Positions 23,954-35,997 are shown, counted from the stretch's first letter. The stretch is 64,000 nt of DNA from Spirochaetia bacterium (GCA_965203905.1 CBDBDQ010000005.1:1248001-1312000); one strand, 5' to 3'. Translations and numbers: made by a program. The notes: generated from the letters alone by a model not told the origin.

Positions 23954-24231
23954 CGGGTGAGTCCTCCAGCGCCCGTTTTAGTGTTATAGCCCGAGCAAAC
24001 CGAGGTTAGTACCACGCAACACTGTCCACAAGGGAACAATGTGATCTTTCTGTGACAAGATCCCTTGCTTCAGTGAATATTTTGTGATCTATTGCCGGTT
24101 TCATTTTCCCGAGCCAACTGGTAGCTACCTGCAAGGATGGCACCATCAGCGCTCTTCGCCCGTTCTCCATACTTGAGACTTCGATTACACCGGCTAACAC
24201 TACCTTACCTAAGATGACACTCCATCGGTCC

Positions 24232-24475
24232 ATTCGCGAAATGGCGAATTTCTTGTGCGTTTGGCGACTGTTACGCCAATTCGCGAATTTGACAGATTGA
24301 AGTCTATCTCATTGCTCTACGAATGTTTGACTGTTCTCATCAATTTACTTTCGGAGAGACGATTTACTCGCGCTGGTTTAATATTGTGCATAGAAGTCCG
24401 ACCTATCGCGAAATAGCGAACATCAGAGTAGATTCGCGAACTTTCCGCGAATTCGCGAACTCGCGAATTCGCGAG
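24232..24475. repeat. Cluster of palindromic TCGCGA / ATTCGCGAA motifs in an AT-rich intergenic region
   Basis: Copies near 24232, 24279 and 24405, and several nested copies in 24432-24475. Confidence 0.75.
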
Positions 24476-25199
24476 AGAGAGTTCGGTGCTTAGGCGAGGA
24501 TTTGGGTCGGAAGGCCAAGGGACTGCCCGCCCGCAGTAGTGGCTGTGTGTCGTTCCGCCAACTCCGCCGCCCGCACCTTCCCGGATCCATTACCACGCCG
24601 GCATCTCGCAGGTGGCTCGCCCGCGCGATCTGCTGGGCACGCTTGTAGCACTCACGGTCCTCGTGGGGGACGCCCCATCGCCATGGCGACCGACCCGGCC
24701 TGGAGTCGACGTGAGCCAGGTATGGCGAGCCGAGCCCAAGTGTCGCCCGCGCGCGCCCCGCCCACTCCAGGAACTGAACAACGCCGTCAACTGGTTGAAC
24801 GTGATGCACATCTGCGCGCCCCCCCCCCAGGCTGAAGATCGAGCGCAGCCACGGGTCGGTCTCGGCCGCCTCTGGGCTCCCCTCCGCCAGCGCCACCGGC
24901 TGCAAGCCGTCCGCGAACGGCTTGCAGCCGCACAGGTACTGCTGGCCCTGGACGAACAGGTGGTCGATCAGCAACGCCCGGTATCGCCGCCGTCGCGGTC
25001 ACGTCGGGGCGGCGACGACGCGGTCCCGGCCGTCCCGTTCATCGAGCGGGAGCCACGCGACCTCGACGCCTCGTTGGTCGCAGCGCCCGGCAGCGGTCGC
25101 CAAGCAGGGCGGTCTTGCCGAAGCCGCCGTGGGCTTGCAGCACGGTGAGACGGCGGTCCAGAAGACCGCACCGTCCCTCCACCTCTCGACAGAGGCGCC

Positions 25200-26010
25200 A
25201 GCTGTGCGTTCAGAATCGTGAGCACCGTTGCCAGACACACTTTGCGGGCAAACTCCATGTCCAGCGTATCCGGAGTGTCGCTTGGCTGGTGGTAGTGCGG
25301 CGACCGCTGGTCCGCCGTGTCGGTAAGCATGATCGCGGGCAAGCCCCGTTTCCAGAACGAATAGTGATCCGACCGAAACAGATCACGGAAGTGGCACTCC
25401 ATCTTTTTCAGCGGGACATCGACGAAGACAGCAGGAAGGTCTACCCGTCTGCGGCACTGCTCGAAACATTTCCTACCGAGGTCATCCGAGTGCTCGCAAC
25501 TCAGAATGGCGACAGAATTGCAAAATTGCCACGGTTCCGATCAAACCGGTAATTGGGGATACACTCCGGCTCGATACCTGCTGGATAGCTCTGAGAGTCG
25601 GCCACGTAGCCTACCGATTCCAGGTTGATGACGCCGCCAACTTCGATGCCGCGGCAATTCAGGCTGTCCACCCACTCACGACTGCCGATGAACGGCCTCG
25701 ACCGGGCTGCCCACTTCCAAGGTGAAGCCGATGCAACGGATCGGACGGTCGGAGCGGTGTTCGATCAGCAACCGGGCTGCTTCGAGCATCACCGCCACCG
25801 CGCAGGCATTGTCGCCGGCGCCGTGACTGTTGCACACGGTGTCGTAGTGGGCGCAAATGACCAGCTCCAGCCCGGCCGTTCTGGCCGTTCCCGCGTTGAT
25901 CAAGCCCTCGACGTTGCGAAACACTCCGCAAGAGCCGGGTACCGTAAAGAAGTGTTCGCTGAGCGCCGCACCTGCCTCATACAGTCGCTGTCCAATGTAG
26001 TTTTGCCGCC
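25200..26010 (-). pseudogene. M28-family aminopeptidase, frameshifted
   Basis: NVEG...AHYDT...GAGDNACAVA...FTLE; NLESVGY; RSDHYSFW...DTA...YHQPSDT, spread over several frames. Confidence 0.8.
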
Positions 26011-26169
26011 CCGTCGAGCCCCTTCGGGCCGATGTTCGGATGACGAATCCCGGTGAGGGCCTCTACGTGCCCCCGAATTCGTGCAACGTCCACCCGCACG
26101 TACTAGCACCTTGCGTTTCCATACTCTGCCTCCCTATAAGTGTTCACGTATGACCCGTACGCGCTCCGA

Positions 26170-26698
26170 GGGCGACGCCGGCTCTCTGCTTGGCCGCTAC
26201 GATGATCAGTTGGTGTTCCTGCCACTGGCGCACCGGCGGCCTGGCGGCATCGCAGCGCATGATGCGGACGTTGCCGCACTCGCGCTCCAGCGAGTAGCCG
26301 GACACGACAAGGTCCGGGGCCGCGGCCACTATGTTGCTCATGGCGGCCGTCAGCGCGCCAAGTCGCGGCGGATACCGCGTCCGAGGAACGCGTCGTACAG
26401 GGGTATCGACTCTGCAAGTAATAGTAGCCCGGCGTGGAGAGTAGCTGCCACACGCCGTCGACTCCGGAGGGCGAGCGCCAGGTAGCGGTAGACGGGGTAG
26501 AGCGGGGCTTGGTTGCGCAGGAAGCCGAACAGCGTGGCCTCGTTCGACCAGCCGCGATACGCCAGCACCTGGGCGGGCAGCACCTTCAGCATGCCGGCGC
26601 AGGACACCACCGGCGAACAGCGCCCCGGCAAGGTACAGCACGCTCAACCCTCCGCCGGCGAGCACCAACCACCACAGCAGCGCATGCGCCGGATCCCG
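26170..26698 (-). pseudogene. C-terminal fragment of the GT22 mannosyltransferase with internal deletions
   Basis: DPAHALLWW, SCAGMLKVLPAQVLAYR...EATLFGF and YSLERECGNVRI match the 50789-52615 gene. Confidence 0.85.
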
Positions 26699-26875
26699 TC
26701 AGACGGTGTCGCCGTGGCGCTTGCGCAGCTCGTCGCTGACGTACTCGGGGGAGAGCTTGCCCAAGCTGGAGAGGTCGGCGGCGGCCAGCCGGTGAGCGGG
26801 CAGGCAGGCGCGCAGCACGTCCTGGACCATGAGCGGGGAGGCGAACAGGCGTTTGTAGTTCTCGTCGTGCAGCAT
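26699..26875 (-). pseudogene. N-terminal fragment of an Rpn/YhgA-like nuclease
   Basis: MLHDENYKRLFASPLMVQDVLR...DLSSLGKLSPEYVSDELRKRHGDTV*; directly abuts the GT22 fragment. Confidence 0.75.
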
Positions 26876-27212
26876 GGGTACGGGCGGGCGCTCTCCGCAT
26901 AGCCCACTTGACGTACCCCAAAAAGGGCGATGCGCGAAGCGCCGAAAAACCCCACCCTATATGACGATGTGGAACAGCGGCTACGTGCGCAGCTGTCGGA
27001 CGCAGAAGGTAGGCCAGTGAGATTCGGAATTCACGCCAGCGAGGCGTTGTGCCATATCCGAGAGCGGTTCATCGAGCACGTGGACCGGATGGTCCAGGCT
27101 GGCGGCGTGGCGAGGCGGGAGCCGGCATGGCGCGGGGCGCCCGGCACGGGCAACCGCACGGGCGTCCGGCCGTCGGGGGCGAACCCACCGTATCACGCAT
27201 CCAGGAGGAATA

Positions 27213-27938
27213 ATGACACTGCCGACGGCCACGAGGAGCCAGTCTACAGAGACCTGGGAAAAAGCACTCGATGAGTACCGATACCCGGCCGATCTCACGC
27301 TGTTCCGCGATGCCGGAAAGTACCAGAGTTGGTTCAACTGGGACATCAATCTGGGGAATCGGAGCCAGACAATGGAGTTCGAAGCCCGATTCAAGGCACA
27401 GGCCATCCATCATCTGGAGGCATGGGCCGAGGTCATGTTCTGGAAGCTGTATACCACGGGAGAGCGGGCAAGAAATGAAAGAACTCTGCATCTGCTGCAT
27501 TCCAGGATCTCTCCCGGTGAGTTGTGGTCGGCATGCAAGGACTACATCGAAAGCCCTGGCGTAGAAACGTTCAGGGTGTTCAGAAACAAACTGTTTCGCT
27601 CGCCGGTGGTGGCGACAGCTGCCACATTCCCTGCGTTCATCTGTCCCGAGAAGTTTCCGATGGTGGACATGCAGGTGATAAAATGGGCAAGAAAATATGG
27701 TGATCGGCATCGCTACTCAGGAGTCGGCGGCCCTAATCTTGCCGATGTTCCTGCCTTAGAACGAAACGGCAATCTTCAGGAAAGCCACTGGTCGTTCATT
27801 GGTTCTTGGATTGATTGGTGTCGGTTCACTGCACGTAGACTGAATGAACTCACGGAACGGGCATGGCGCGCACGGGACGTAGAGATGGCAGTTTTCACCG
27901 CGCAAAGATTCAAGCTGCCGCTCCAACCGCTAACGTGA
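27213..27938 (+). CDS. Hypothetical protein, possible OGG/HhH DNA-glycosylase-like fold
   Basis: Strong AGGAGG RBS; WK...; ATFPAFICPEKFPMVD; WRARDVEMAVF. The fold is inference. Confidence 0.65.
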   Translation: MTLPTATRSQSTETWEKALDEYRYPADLTLFRDAGKYQSWFNWDINLGNRSQTMEFEARFKAQAIHHLEAWAEVMFWKLYTTGERARNERTLHLLHSRISPGELWSACKDYIESPGVETFRVFRNKLFRSPVVATAATFPAFICPEKFPMVDMQVIKWARKYGDRHRYSGVGGPNLADVPALERNGNLQESHWSFIGSWIDWCRFTARRLNELTERAWRARDVEMAVFTAQRFKLPLQPLT

Positions 27939-28642
27939 AGTGCTGCTGCCGTGGAGCTGATGCCAGCGGTTACAGGTTTCTTGGCGGCAACCATGATCGC
28001 GGGCGCCTTAGCTAGGTATGTGGACGGCTGAGGACATCGTCGGTGAATTGAACCCGACAACCGGTGAGCTAATCGAAGAACGGACATCGTTTATGGCTGG
28101 AGCGATCATATAGGTCCTATGCCGAACCGTCGACTCTCTTTCCGAGAGCGAAGTTCGACACCGAACATGATGCTCCTTCCCACGGCTACATCCGAGTAGC
28201 GCACTTCTTCGTCAGTTTGGGAGTGGCCAGCCCGGCAGCTAGTGTGCACTGGGCTATTCGTGTTCCGACCGGTCTTCGCCACCACCCAGCGTGCCATATC
28301 CACTGATTCACAAAGCGTTGCCAGCGCAGTACCACGCCATCCCCAAGCGCAGTAGATTTAAGCATCCACGCCTCCAGGTTCCAGGCCATTCCCGGTGATT
28401 GCGAAGTACGCCTGATTAGCGGTCAGCGAGCCAGTCGGCACATACGCCATTCCCGGCCCGCACTTACGCCGGGGACCCCTTCAGCGCCATCGCCAACCAT
28501 AGTGACGACCATCAGCTTCGGCGGAGCGGGCGAATCGCTTGGCCGACCGGATCCTGTCGAAGCTTTGGGTCGCGGACTGGAGATCGCGGGCGGTAACGAT
28601 ACACCGAACGTGAATGGTGCGCCGTTTCTTCTCGACCTGCAA

Positions 28643-29189
28643 TCAATAGTTGGCGCTTCGACCCTTTCTCGATCTGACCAGCTGCCACAGGGCATTCAAG
28701 TCGAGGCTGCATCCGTGGAACTCGGGTCGCAGGGTCACGATTCTGCCCAGACCCGATCGAATGGGCTCGCCGAAAGATATCGTCGTGCGGCCCAGAAATG
28801 ATCAAGCTCGCCAAAGCTGTGAGCAACCGATCGGTTTCGGCCTCGCGTTCTTGCAACGGAATCCGAATATGGAGCCACGAATGCACGTTGGGGTCGAACT
28901 CGTCGAAGTCGCGGTCGATCATCAACAAGCTCGGGGTCTTCAGGATCTCCCGCTCCGCGCGGTCCGACCAAGGCTTGTCCAGAACCTGCCCTCGCGTAGC
29001 CTGAATATCGGGAGTGAACGGTCGTACGAGCGCCGCTTCGCTCTTCAGGTTGCGTGCAAAGCGTTCCAAGCTCGCCATCAGTCTTTTCGAGAACTCAAGT
29101 TCTTCCTCAACGTCATCCCGAAGGAGTAGGAAGAAGAGGTAGCTGTAGCGACCGCTAGTGGCAGACAGATACGTGTGGGTGATTACCAT
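28643..29189 (-). CDS. Hypothetical protein, probably frameshifted near 28750
   Basis: Lower-GC ORF MVITHTYLS...; an alternative frame gives a plausible C-terminus IVTLRPEFHGCSLDLNALWQ...*. Confidence 0.55.
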
Positions 29190-29384
29190 GGCGCGAGACC
29201 CAGAAAAGGAAAATCTGCCACGCATCCTAGCGCAAGTTGATCATTTTTTGGAGAAAGGTGGCGAGATTTGGTGGAGATACCGGTGAAAGGAGCGTCTGAG
29301 GGCGAGAAGATCGGTGCCAGCGGACGGATATTTCGCGTGTAGTTATAACTCACATGGATCTACATTTTTGTATGATCCAATACG

Positions 29385-29413
29385 TTGACTCATCTTCACC
29401 CCTTTGGTATCTT
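29385..29413 (+). promoter_or_regulatory. Transposase promoter
   Basis: TTGACT-N17-TATCTT with an extended TG, just upstream of GTG 29422; also conserved in the partial copy. Confidence 0.65.
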
Positions 29414-29421
29414 CCAGGTGC

Positions 29422-31248
29422 GTGTTCATCGGCCAGCTCAAGGTCTCCCGCAACGGTCGCTCCTACACCTACCACCGCCTCCTGGAGTCGGTACGCACCG
29501 ATAAAGGCCCACGCCAGCGGCTGGTCTTGAGCCTCGGCACCCTCGAGCTGCCCAAGTCCGAGTGGCCGCGCTTGGCCGAGCGCATCGAAGATCTGCTCAA
29601 TCATCAGGAACAGATTCCGTTCGGAGCTTCTGACCTGGACCAACTGGCAGCGCCGTTCGCCGAACGCATCCGCCACAAACAGCAGCGGCGCCGCGCGCAG
29701 CAGGAGGGACAGGGAACGGCCAAGGAGGTATATCCCGAACGCAGCAGCAGTGAGCATGTTCGCGAACTCGGCCCGGAATACGTCGCGCATGTGTTCTGGC
29801 AGCGCCTGCACTGCGACCAGTTGTTGCAGCGCTGCGGATTCTCGCCACGGCAGTGCCGGCTGGCCGAGATCCAGGTGGCCGGCAGACTGATAGCGCCACG
29901 CAGTGAGCGCGGCACCGCGGGCTGGTTTGCGCGCACGGCGCTCGCTGAACTGATGCCCGACCGCGTGCCGAGCGTCAATAAAGATGCGCTGTACCGGATC
30001 TCCGATCAGTTGTATGAGCACCGAGTCGCTATCGAGACCGGGTTGGCAGCGCGCGAGCGCGAACTGTTCGCGCTGGAAGAAACGATCATCCTCTACGACC
30101 TGTCTTCGACGTACTTCGAGGGCATCGCGACGCGCAACAAGAAGGCGGCGCACGGGTACTCGCGCGATCATCGGCCCGACTGCAGGCAGGTGGTGGTCGG
30201 TCTGGTGCTGGATGGCGAGGGGTTCCCGAAGGCGCACGAGGTGTTCACCGGCAACACCAAAGACGAGAACAGCATGCCGCAGATGCTCGCCAGCCTGGAC
30301 CGCCGCAGCGGCAGCATCGCCGGGTGGCCGAGTCAACCCACGGTGATCATGGACCGTGGTCTGGCCAGCGACGAGAATCTGAACCTGCTGCGGGCGCGCG
30401 GCCAGCACTACATCGTTGCCAGCCAGCAGAGCGAGCGCCACGAGTTGTTTCCCGAGATTGACGCCTGCCGATACGTGCCGGTGAAAGTGGACGCGAAAGG
30501 CAGGACCGTGGTCTCCGGCCAGTTGCGGTTACATCAGGGCGAGCTGTATGTGCTGTGCCACAGCGTCGCTCGGGCGGCCAAGGATGGCGCGATACGGCAG
30601 CGGTTCGAGCAACGGTTCGAACAGGATGCCAACAAGCTCACGGCACGGGTGGCGGCTGGTCGGTTGAAGCAGCCGGAGAAGATCAACCAGGCCATCGGGC
30701 GCCTGCTGGGGCGCTATCCGCGCGTGGCGCGCTACTACACGGTGCAGATGCTCACCGATGAGGAGGGCCGAGCAGAGGTCAGGTGGGCCCGGAAGGACGC
30801 CCAGCGGCAACTCGCCGAGGAGCTTGACGGGACTTATCTGCTGCGCACCGATCGCACCGACTTGACGGAAGCCGACCTCTGGAAGCTGTACGTGCTGCTG
30901 GCGCGCATCGAACGCTCATTTCGCTACCTGAAGAGCAACTTGGGGATCCGCCCGGTATTCCATCAGCGCACCGAGCGCGCGGACGCGCACATTTTCATCT
31001 CGTTGCTGGCCTACCACCTGCTGCATGCCATCGAACGGCGCCTGCAGGAGAACGGCGACCATCGCTCCTGGCCGACGATCCGGGACCTGTTGTCAACCCA
31101 TCAGATGGTGACCATCGTGCACCAGTGCACCGACGGGACGGTCCTGCGGGTGCGGCGACCTTCGCAGCCGGAGTTGGAGCAGCGCAAGATTTACCGGGCG
31201 CTGCGGATACCGGCCACCCCGCCGATGCCAGGGAGGAGCCGATTGTAG
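29422..31248 (+). CDS. IS1634-family DDE transposase
   Basis: LYDLSSTYFEG, GYSRDHRPDCRQV, IMDRG, IERSFRYLKS..L.IRPVFH, AHIFIS.LAY. Confidence 0.93.
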   Translation: MFIGQLKVSRNGRSYTYHRLLESVRTDKGPRQRLVLSLGTLELPKSEWPRLAERIEDLLNHQEQIPFGASDLDQLAAPFAERIRHKQQRRRAQQEGQGTAKEVYPERSSSEHVRELGPEYVAHVFWQRLHCDQLLQRCGFSPRQCRLAEIQVAGRLIAPRSERGTAGWFARTALAELMPDRVPSVNKDALYRISDQLYEHRVAIETGLAARERELFALEETIILYDLSSTYFEGIATRNKKAAHGYSRDHRPDCRQVVVGLVLDGEGFPKAHEVFTGNTKDENSMPQMLASLDRRSGSIAGWPSQPTVIMDRGLASDENLNLLRARGQHYIVASQQSERHELFPEIDACRYVPVKVDAKGRTVVSGQLRLHQGELYVLCHSVARAAKDGAIRQRFEQRFEQDANKLTARVAAGRLKQPEKINQAIGRLLGRYPRVARYYTVQMLTDEEGRAEVRWARKDAQRQLAEELDGTYLLRTDRTDLTEADLWKLYVLLARIERSFRYLKSNLGIRPVFHQRTERADAHIFISLLAYHLLHAIERRLQENGDHRSWPTIRDLLSTHQMVTIVHQCTDGTVLRVRRPSQPELEQRKIYRALRIPATPPMPGRSRL

Positions 31249-31579
31249 TGACAAACAAAAATGCCAACTTTCGGCACAGCAACAATATCCGTCTGACAAA
31301 TGCTCAACTTGCGCTAGTGGGATCATGGCGGGCTGTCAACCAGCCGTCCTGACTCATTCTGACTCATCAAGAATCTAACCCCGCGGAAAGCGTGCCTCAT
31401 TAAATTAAAGTCTAAGCCGAAGTTCCAGAGGGTTTGAGCGCACTTAATCTTTTGTTGTAGAGACAATTAAGGTCCATTGGATCTAAGCGGTATGTGGCTC
31501 ACTTTCTGAGCGGCGTGTGCATCATGCAAGGCGGATCGGAGGAGCATGTTGTAGAAGCCGAAGAACTGGGCCGACGTGG

Positions 31580-32206
31580 TAGCCGGCAAGTTTCACGTTG
31601 CCGGGTTCGCCGGCCCGGATCGGCGGGAAACGGGAAGGCGGGCGGCAGCCGGAGCAGGGCTGCCGTCACCCTGTTCGCCGCCCTGCTGACCGCCTGCAGC
31701 TTCGAGTACTCCGATGCCGACGCATCACCCACGCAACTGCTTGGGCACATACCCGAGACCGAGCTCACCGAGGTACGCCACACCATCGTCCGCAACGGCC
31801 GCGTGGCGGCCGAGTTCCGCGCCCGCCAGGTACGCAATTTCCCCGCGCCGGCCGCACCGAGCCGGATGACGTGCACTACTCCGAATACGACCGCAACGGC
31901 ATCCTGGTCACCGCCGGCAACGCCGACCGCGCCGTGTACTTCACCGAGCGCGAGGACGCCGAGGTGGCCGGTGCGATCCGCTTGCGCTCGCAGTCGCAGG
32001 GCGTCTGGCTGCAAGCGGAGACCCTGCGCTGGGAGGACGCCAGCCACCGGCTGTTCTCGGATCCCGAGGAGACGGTGGCGGTTACCCGCGACGACGGCTC
32101 GCAGGTGACCGGGGTCGGTCTCCAGGTGGACGTGCGCCGCAAGACCATCCGGTTCTCGGGGCCCGTCAGCGGGACCCTGGTTGCGGAGACCGGGGCGGGG
32201 GAGTAG
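31580..32206 (+). pseudogene. lptC: lptC copy 2 (frameshift near 31845)
   Basis: Near-identical to copy 1, split between ORFs 31494-32108 and 31598-32206. Confidence 0.8.
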
Positions 32207-32939
32207 GCGGAAGGCGCGGGGGCGGGGGGCGCGGCGAGGCGGTGTGCGGCCGCTACGGCAGTCGGTCATGCGCGCTAGGCGCCAATCGAGAACCGGGGGG
32301 CGCTGGGACCGCCGGCGCAGCGCCTGCGCGGGCGTTGCGGCCCTACGGTGGAACGCACGGATGGACTGGCTCGACGGCACCTGGGACCGGGCCATACGCA
32401 CGCACGGCGAACCGGAGGTGTATCGGACGGGCACCGAGCGCGACGGTCACCCGCTCTACCCGGAGGGATCTGAGTTGCTGCTGCATCATGCGTAACAGTA
32501 GAGGCAAAAGCCCGCGATAGGGTCGCCTCGCGGGGGATCGCGTGTATGCACTCCCTGCCGCACAGGGGGCGCAGCGCCCGGTCGTTGGCCAGCCCTCGCA
32601 CAGCGCCCTGGAAGTGTCCATATGGAATTCTGCCTTGGCGATGAAGGCGTCGCCACCCGATCCAGTTGTGGGCGAGCGCGCAGCAGCCGGCTCCGGGCGA
32701 TCGTCCAGTGCCACCCCGACAGCGGACTCGATGGTTACCCGCCCCGACGACCTGATTGCCACAGGCAACTCCGCCCGCAGGGTCTCGGCCAGATCGTCAT
32801 CCGAAGCCACCGGTGGGGCCGGCAAGGCCGTCGCGAGGACTCCCGGCAGACGTAAGCGTCCGGTAAACCCAGTCCGGTTGCGCGTCGGCACGGTCGGGGA
32901 GTCCGCGACGGGGCCGGGACGGCGGATCCTGCGGAGCGT

Positions 32940-34573
32940 CTATGACGGAGGGGGCGCTGGCCGGGCAGTGGGCAGGAGCGAGAGGTAGTCGGCCTGGGTG
33001 CGAGCATGGGGCAGCTTCTCGAACAGCTCACGCAGATACCAGTAGGGCTCGCAGCCGTTGGCCTTGGCGGTCTCGATCAGGCTGTACAGGGTCGCGCTCG
33101 CAGCCGCGCCGCGCGGACTTCCAGAGAACAGCCAATTCTTGCGTCCCACCACGAACGGCCGGATCGCCTGCTCGCAGGCGTTGGTGTCCGGGGTGAGCTG
33201 CGCGTGTTCCAGATAGCGGATCAGCTTCGGCCACTGGCTCAAGGCGAAGGCGACCGCCTTGCCGAGCGCCGAGCCGGGCAGCACTTGACCGTGTTTCTTG
33301 TGCAGCCAGGCGTGCAGTTGCTCCAGCGGCGGCTCTACTTGGGCACGCCGCTCGGCGACAAAGCGCTCAGGATCCGCGGCACGATACTCGGATAACTCTG
33401 ACTCGGCGCGGTACAGCTTGGCGATGAAGCTCAGCGCCTGCAGTGCCGCACCAGCGCGGCTCGATACCTTGCCCAGCGCGTCGGCCGCCTCTTTGAACGG
33501 ACGCCGTACGTGCGCCCAACACCCCACGTGCCGGATCCCCGGCTGACTACACGGACGGTCGTAGGCTTCGTAGCCGTCGGTCTGCACGTAGCCCTGGTAG
33601 TCGCCGATGATCGCGGCAGCGACTTGTGCGCCGCGGCTCGGTTCATAGCGGTACACCAGCACCGGCTCTGACGGTGGGCCGCCGCGCGCCACCTATAGGT
33701 AGCTGATGGTGGTGTTGGCCCGCCCCGGTTCCTTCAGCACCTGCACCGTGGTCTCGTCAATCTGTAGTTCGGTCCGGCGCGCAGCTTGGCATGCAACGCC
33801 TCCAGCAACGGCACACAGGCGCCAGCGACCGCGATCATCCAGTCCGACATCGTGCGTCGTGACAGCTCCACCCCGAGGCGCGCGAACTGCTGCTCCTGCC
33901 GGTACAGCGGCAGCGCGTCGCAGAACTTGGCGGTGACGATGAACGCCAGCAGCCCCTCGCTGGCCAGCCCCTTCGGGATCAGCGCTGGCGGCGGCGGCGC
34001 TACCCGTACCGCAGGATGCTCCTCGTCGCCGGAGCCCTCGCAGTGATGGCAGGCGTACTTGGGCCGCACCGTGCGGATCACTTGCACCCGCGGCGGGATC
34101 ACGTCCAGCTTCTCCGAGCTCTCCTCGCCGATCCGCACCAAGCGGTGGCCACAGGCGCACTGCTGCTGTTCCTCGGGCAAGTCGATAATCCGCTCCACCC
34201 GCGGCAGCGACTGCGGCAGCGGCTTGCGCCGCGGCCGGCGGCGGGTTGCGGCCGCCGCTGGCTCCGGTGCCGGCTCATCCTCCGGCGCTTCGCGGTCGGC
34301 GCTGGCTTCAATCTCGTCGAACAGCCGCATCTGCAACCGCTCGGCGTCGCTGAGCTGTTCATTGCTGCGCCCGTACAGCTTGTTCTTGTACCAAGCCAAC
34401 TCTTCTTCGTAGAGCGCCAGCTTCTTGTTCAGTTCCTGGAGCTTGCTGTCCAGGTCACTGGTCCTGGTCTCCAGCTGACCGTTTTGCGCGGTCAACTCGT
34501 CCTTTTCCAGAATCAGTCGACGATTCTCCAAGCGCAACTGATCGCGTTCTTGGGCGACCGAAAGAGCATCCAC
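32940..34573 (-). pseudogene. tnpC: IS66 TnpC transposase, with frameshift and stop near 33695-33780
   Basis: CACG...GEE..EKLD...RPKYAC, KFCDALPLYRQ, QIDETT, QTDGY, CWAHVRR, DTNACEQAIRP...GRKNWLF. Confidence 0.9.
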
Positions 34574-34773
34574 AGACAGAATTCCGTCCGATCCCAGTAC
34601 ACCGCCTTCAGCACCCGCCGCTGCCGGTTGCAGAACACGAACAGCGCCGGCTCGAACGGACTCAGCTGCATCTGCTCCTGCACCAGCAGCACCAGCCCGT
34701 TGATCTGCTTGCGCATATCGGTCGCTCCCGGCCGCACGAAGATCCGCGCCGTTCCCAGCTCCAGGTGGATCAC
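34513..34773 (-). pseudogene. tnpB: IS66 TnpB accessory protein, C-terminally deleted
   Basis: TDMRKQINGL...ALFVFCNRQRRVLKAVYWD; homology is lost at the junction with tnpC. Confidence 0.85.
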
Positions 34774-35087
34774 CGATCGTCCTCCAGCGCCGCCAGCACC
34801 TCGCGTAGCTGCGCCGCTCGCACATTCGGCCACAGCTTCAGCAGGTAGCGCTTGCCCACCACCAGCTCGATCGCCGCGCCCGCCTCCGGACCACTGACCC
34901 GCTCCAGTTCCACCAGGCGCTGGGTCTCCGGCGCTGCCGGCTTTGCCGGCGCTGGCGATAGCTGAGCCGTCCAATAGCGCAGCGACCAATAGGACAGACC
35001 GTGCTCCTCGCAATATGCTTTTTTCGACTGTCCGCTGCGCCGCCACGCTGCTACCTGGCGGCTCCAATAGTCTCGCCCCTGTCTCAT
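34770..35087 (-). CDS. tnpA: IS66 TnpA accessory protein
   Basis: W..QVAAWRRSGQSKKAYCEEHGLSYWSLRYW HTH; the stop overlaps the tnpB start. Confidence 0.88.
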   Translation of the reverse strand: MRQGRDYWSRQVAAWRRSGQSKKAYCEEHGLSYWSLRYWTAQLSPAPAKPAAPETQRLVELERVSGPEAGAAIELVVGKRYLLKLWPNVRAAQLREVLAALEDDR

Positions 35088-35309
35088 CGTTCGTCCCTCC
35101 GGGACGAAACAATGATCCGTCTATCTCAGGCTCGGTAAGGTGTGTTTTGGCGGACGCTTACCGGCAGACCGCTCAGGGCCGATGGATCATAGAGCGTAGC
35201 CTACCAATTCGGATGAACTGACGCCTGGTTCGCCGCTGCGTCAGCTCGGGGAATAGGGCGTGAATGCATGGAGGCTCCGAATCCGCAGCAGGCCCGATGA
35301 GCTCGGAGA

Positions 35310-35445
35310 GCACATACCGGAGACCGAGCTCATCGACGTTATACACACCATCGTGCGCGACGGAAGGGTGTTGGTGGAGTTCCACGCTCGATAGGTAAGG
35401 AACTTTCCCCGCTACGCCCCTACCGAGCTGGAAGCCGCGGTCTAT
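35310..35445 (+). pseudogene. lptC: Highly degenerate lptC fragment
   Basis: HIPETELIDVIHTIVRDGRVLVEFHAR*VRNFPRYAPTELEA versus HIPETELTEVTHTIVRNGRVAAEFRARQVRNFPRAGRTELDA. Confidence 0.8.
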
Positions 35446-35485
35446 AGGCTTGACATATCCCGCATCGGTCCTGCAATCTTAATGT

Positions 35486-35515
35486 ACACCTTCTTGCGAT
35501 GACGCAAGAAGGTGT
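35486..35515. other. Perfect 13-bp inverted repeat (hairpin)
   Basis: ACACCTTCTTGCG-ATGA-CGCAAGAAGGTGT. Confidence 0.85.
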
Positions 35516-35997
35516 GGGCGATGGCACTATTGAGTTGGGCTTGGTGGACGTGAGAGCGTCGCGTGTTTAGATCTATAAACCAGGCCGAGATTAAGCCATC
35601 TGTAAGATCGACGCGAATCGGAAGAGGTTATGTACGTAATAGTAATACGGCTGGATACTGGCGTAGCGGGTGCGCTAAGCAATCTTGTTACACACATTTC
35701 GAGCAACCTAAGGGCGAATAAGCTACCTGGATTTGGTGTTGCTACGATGGAGCCTCGAATGGCGATGTTCGCGGGTGACCGCAATTCAATTGGGTGCGGC
35801 TCTTTTAGGACGACCTCTATCTTCAGTTTGATGCGTTAATTGGGGGAGTTCTGTCGGACGCCCGGCGCTGGTTCAGCGGCATACGCTTGGGGAACGGGGC
35901 CATAGGCTGCCGTAGCCACGTATCGTGCTGACGGGCATAGCAAGGGGCTGGACAAAACCCCCACGACTCGGTACGGTGCCTCCGTTGTCAGCGGAGG

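Larger units (their letters stand above)
29227..31317 (+). mobile_element. IS1634-family insertion sequence
   Basis: Perfect 14-bp terminal inverted repeats CTAGCGCAAGTTGA / TCAACTTGCGCTAG around a DDE transposase. Confidence 0.9.
32852..35161 (-). mobile_element. IS66-family element, degenerate
   Basis: Ends GTAAGCGTCC / GGACGCTTAC; 8-bp target duplication CGGCAGAC at 32844-32851 and 35162-35169. Confidence 0.93.
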
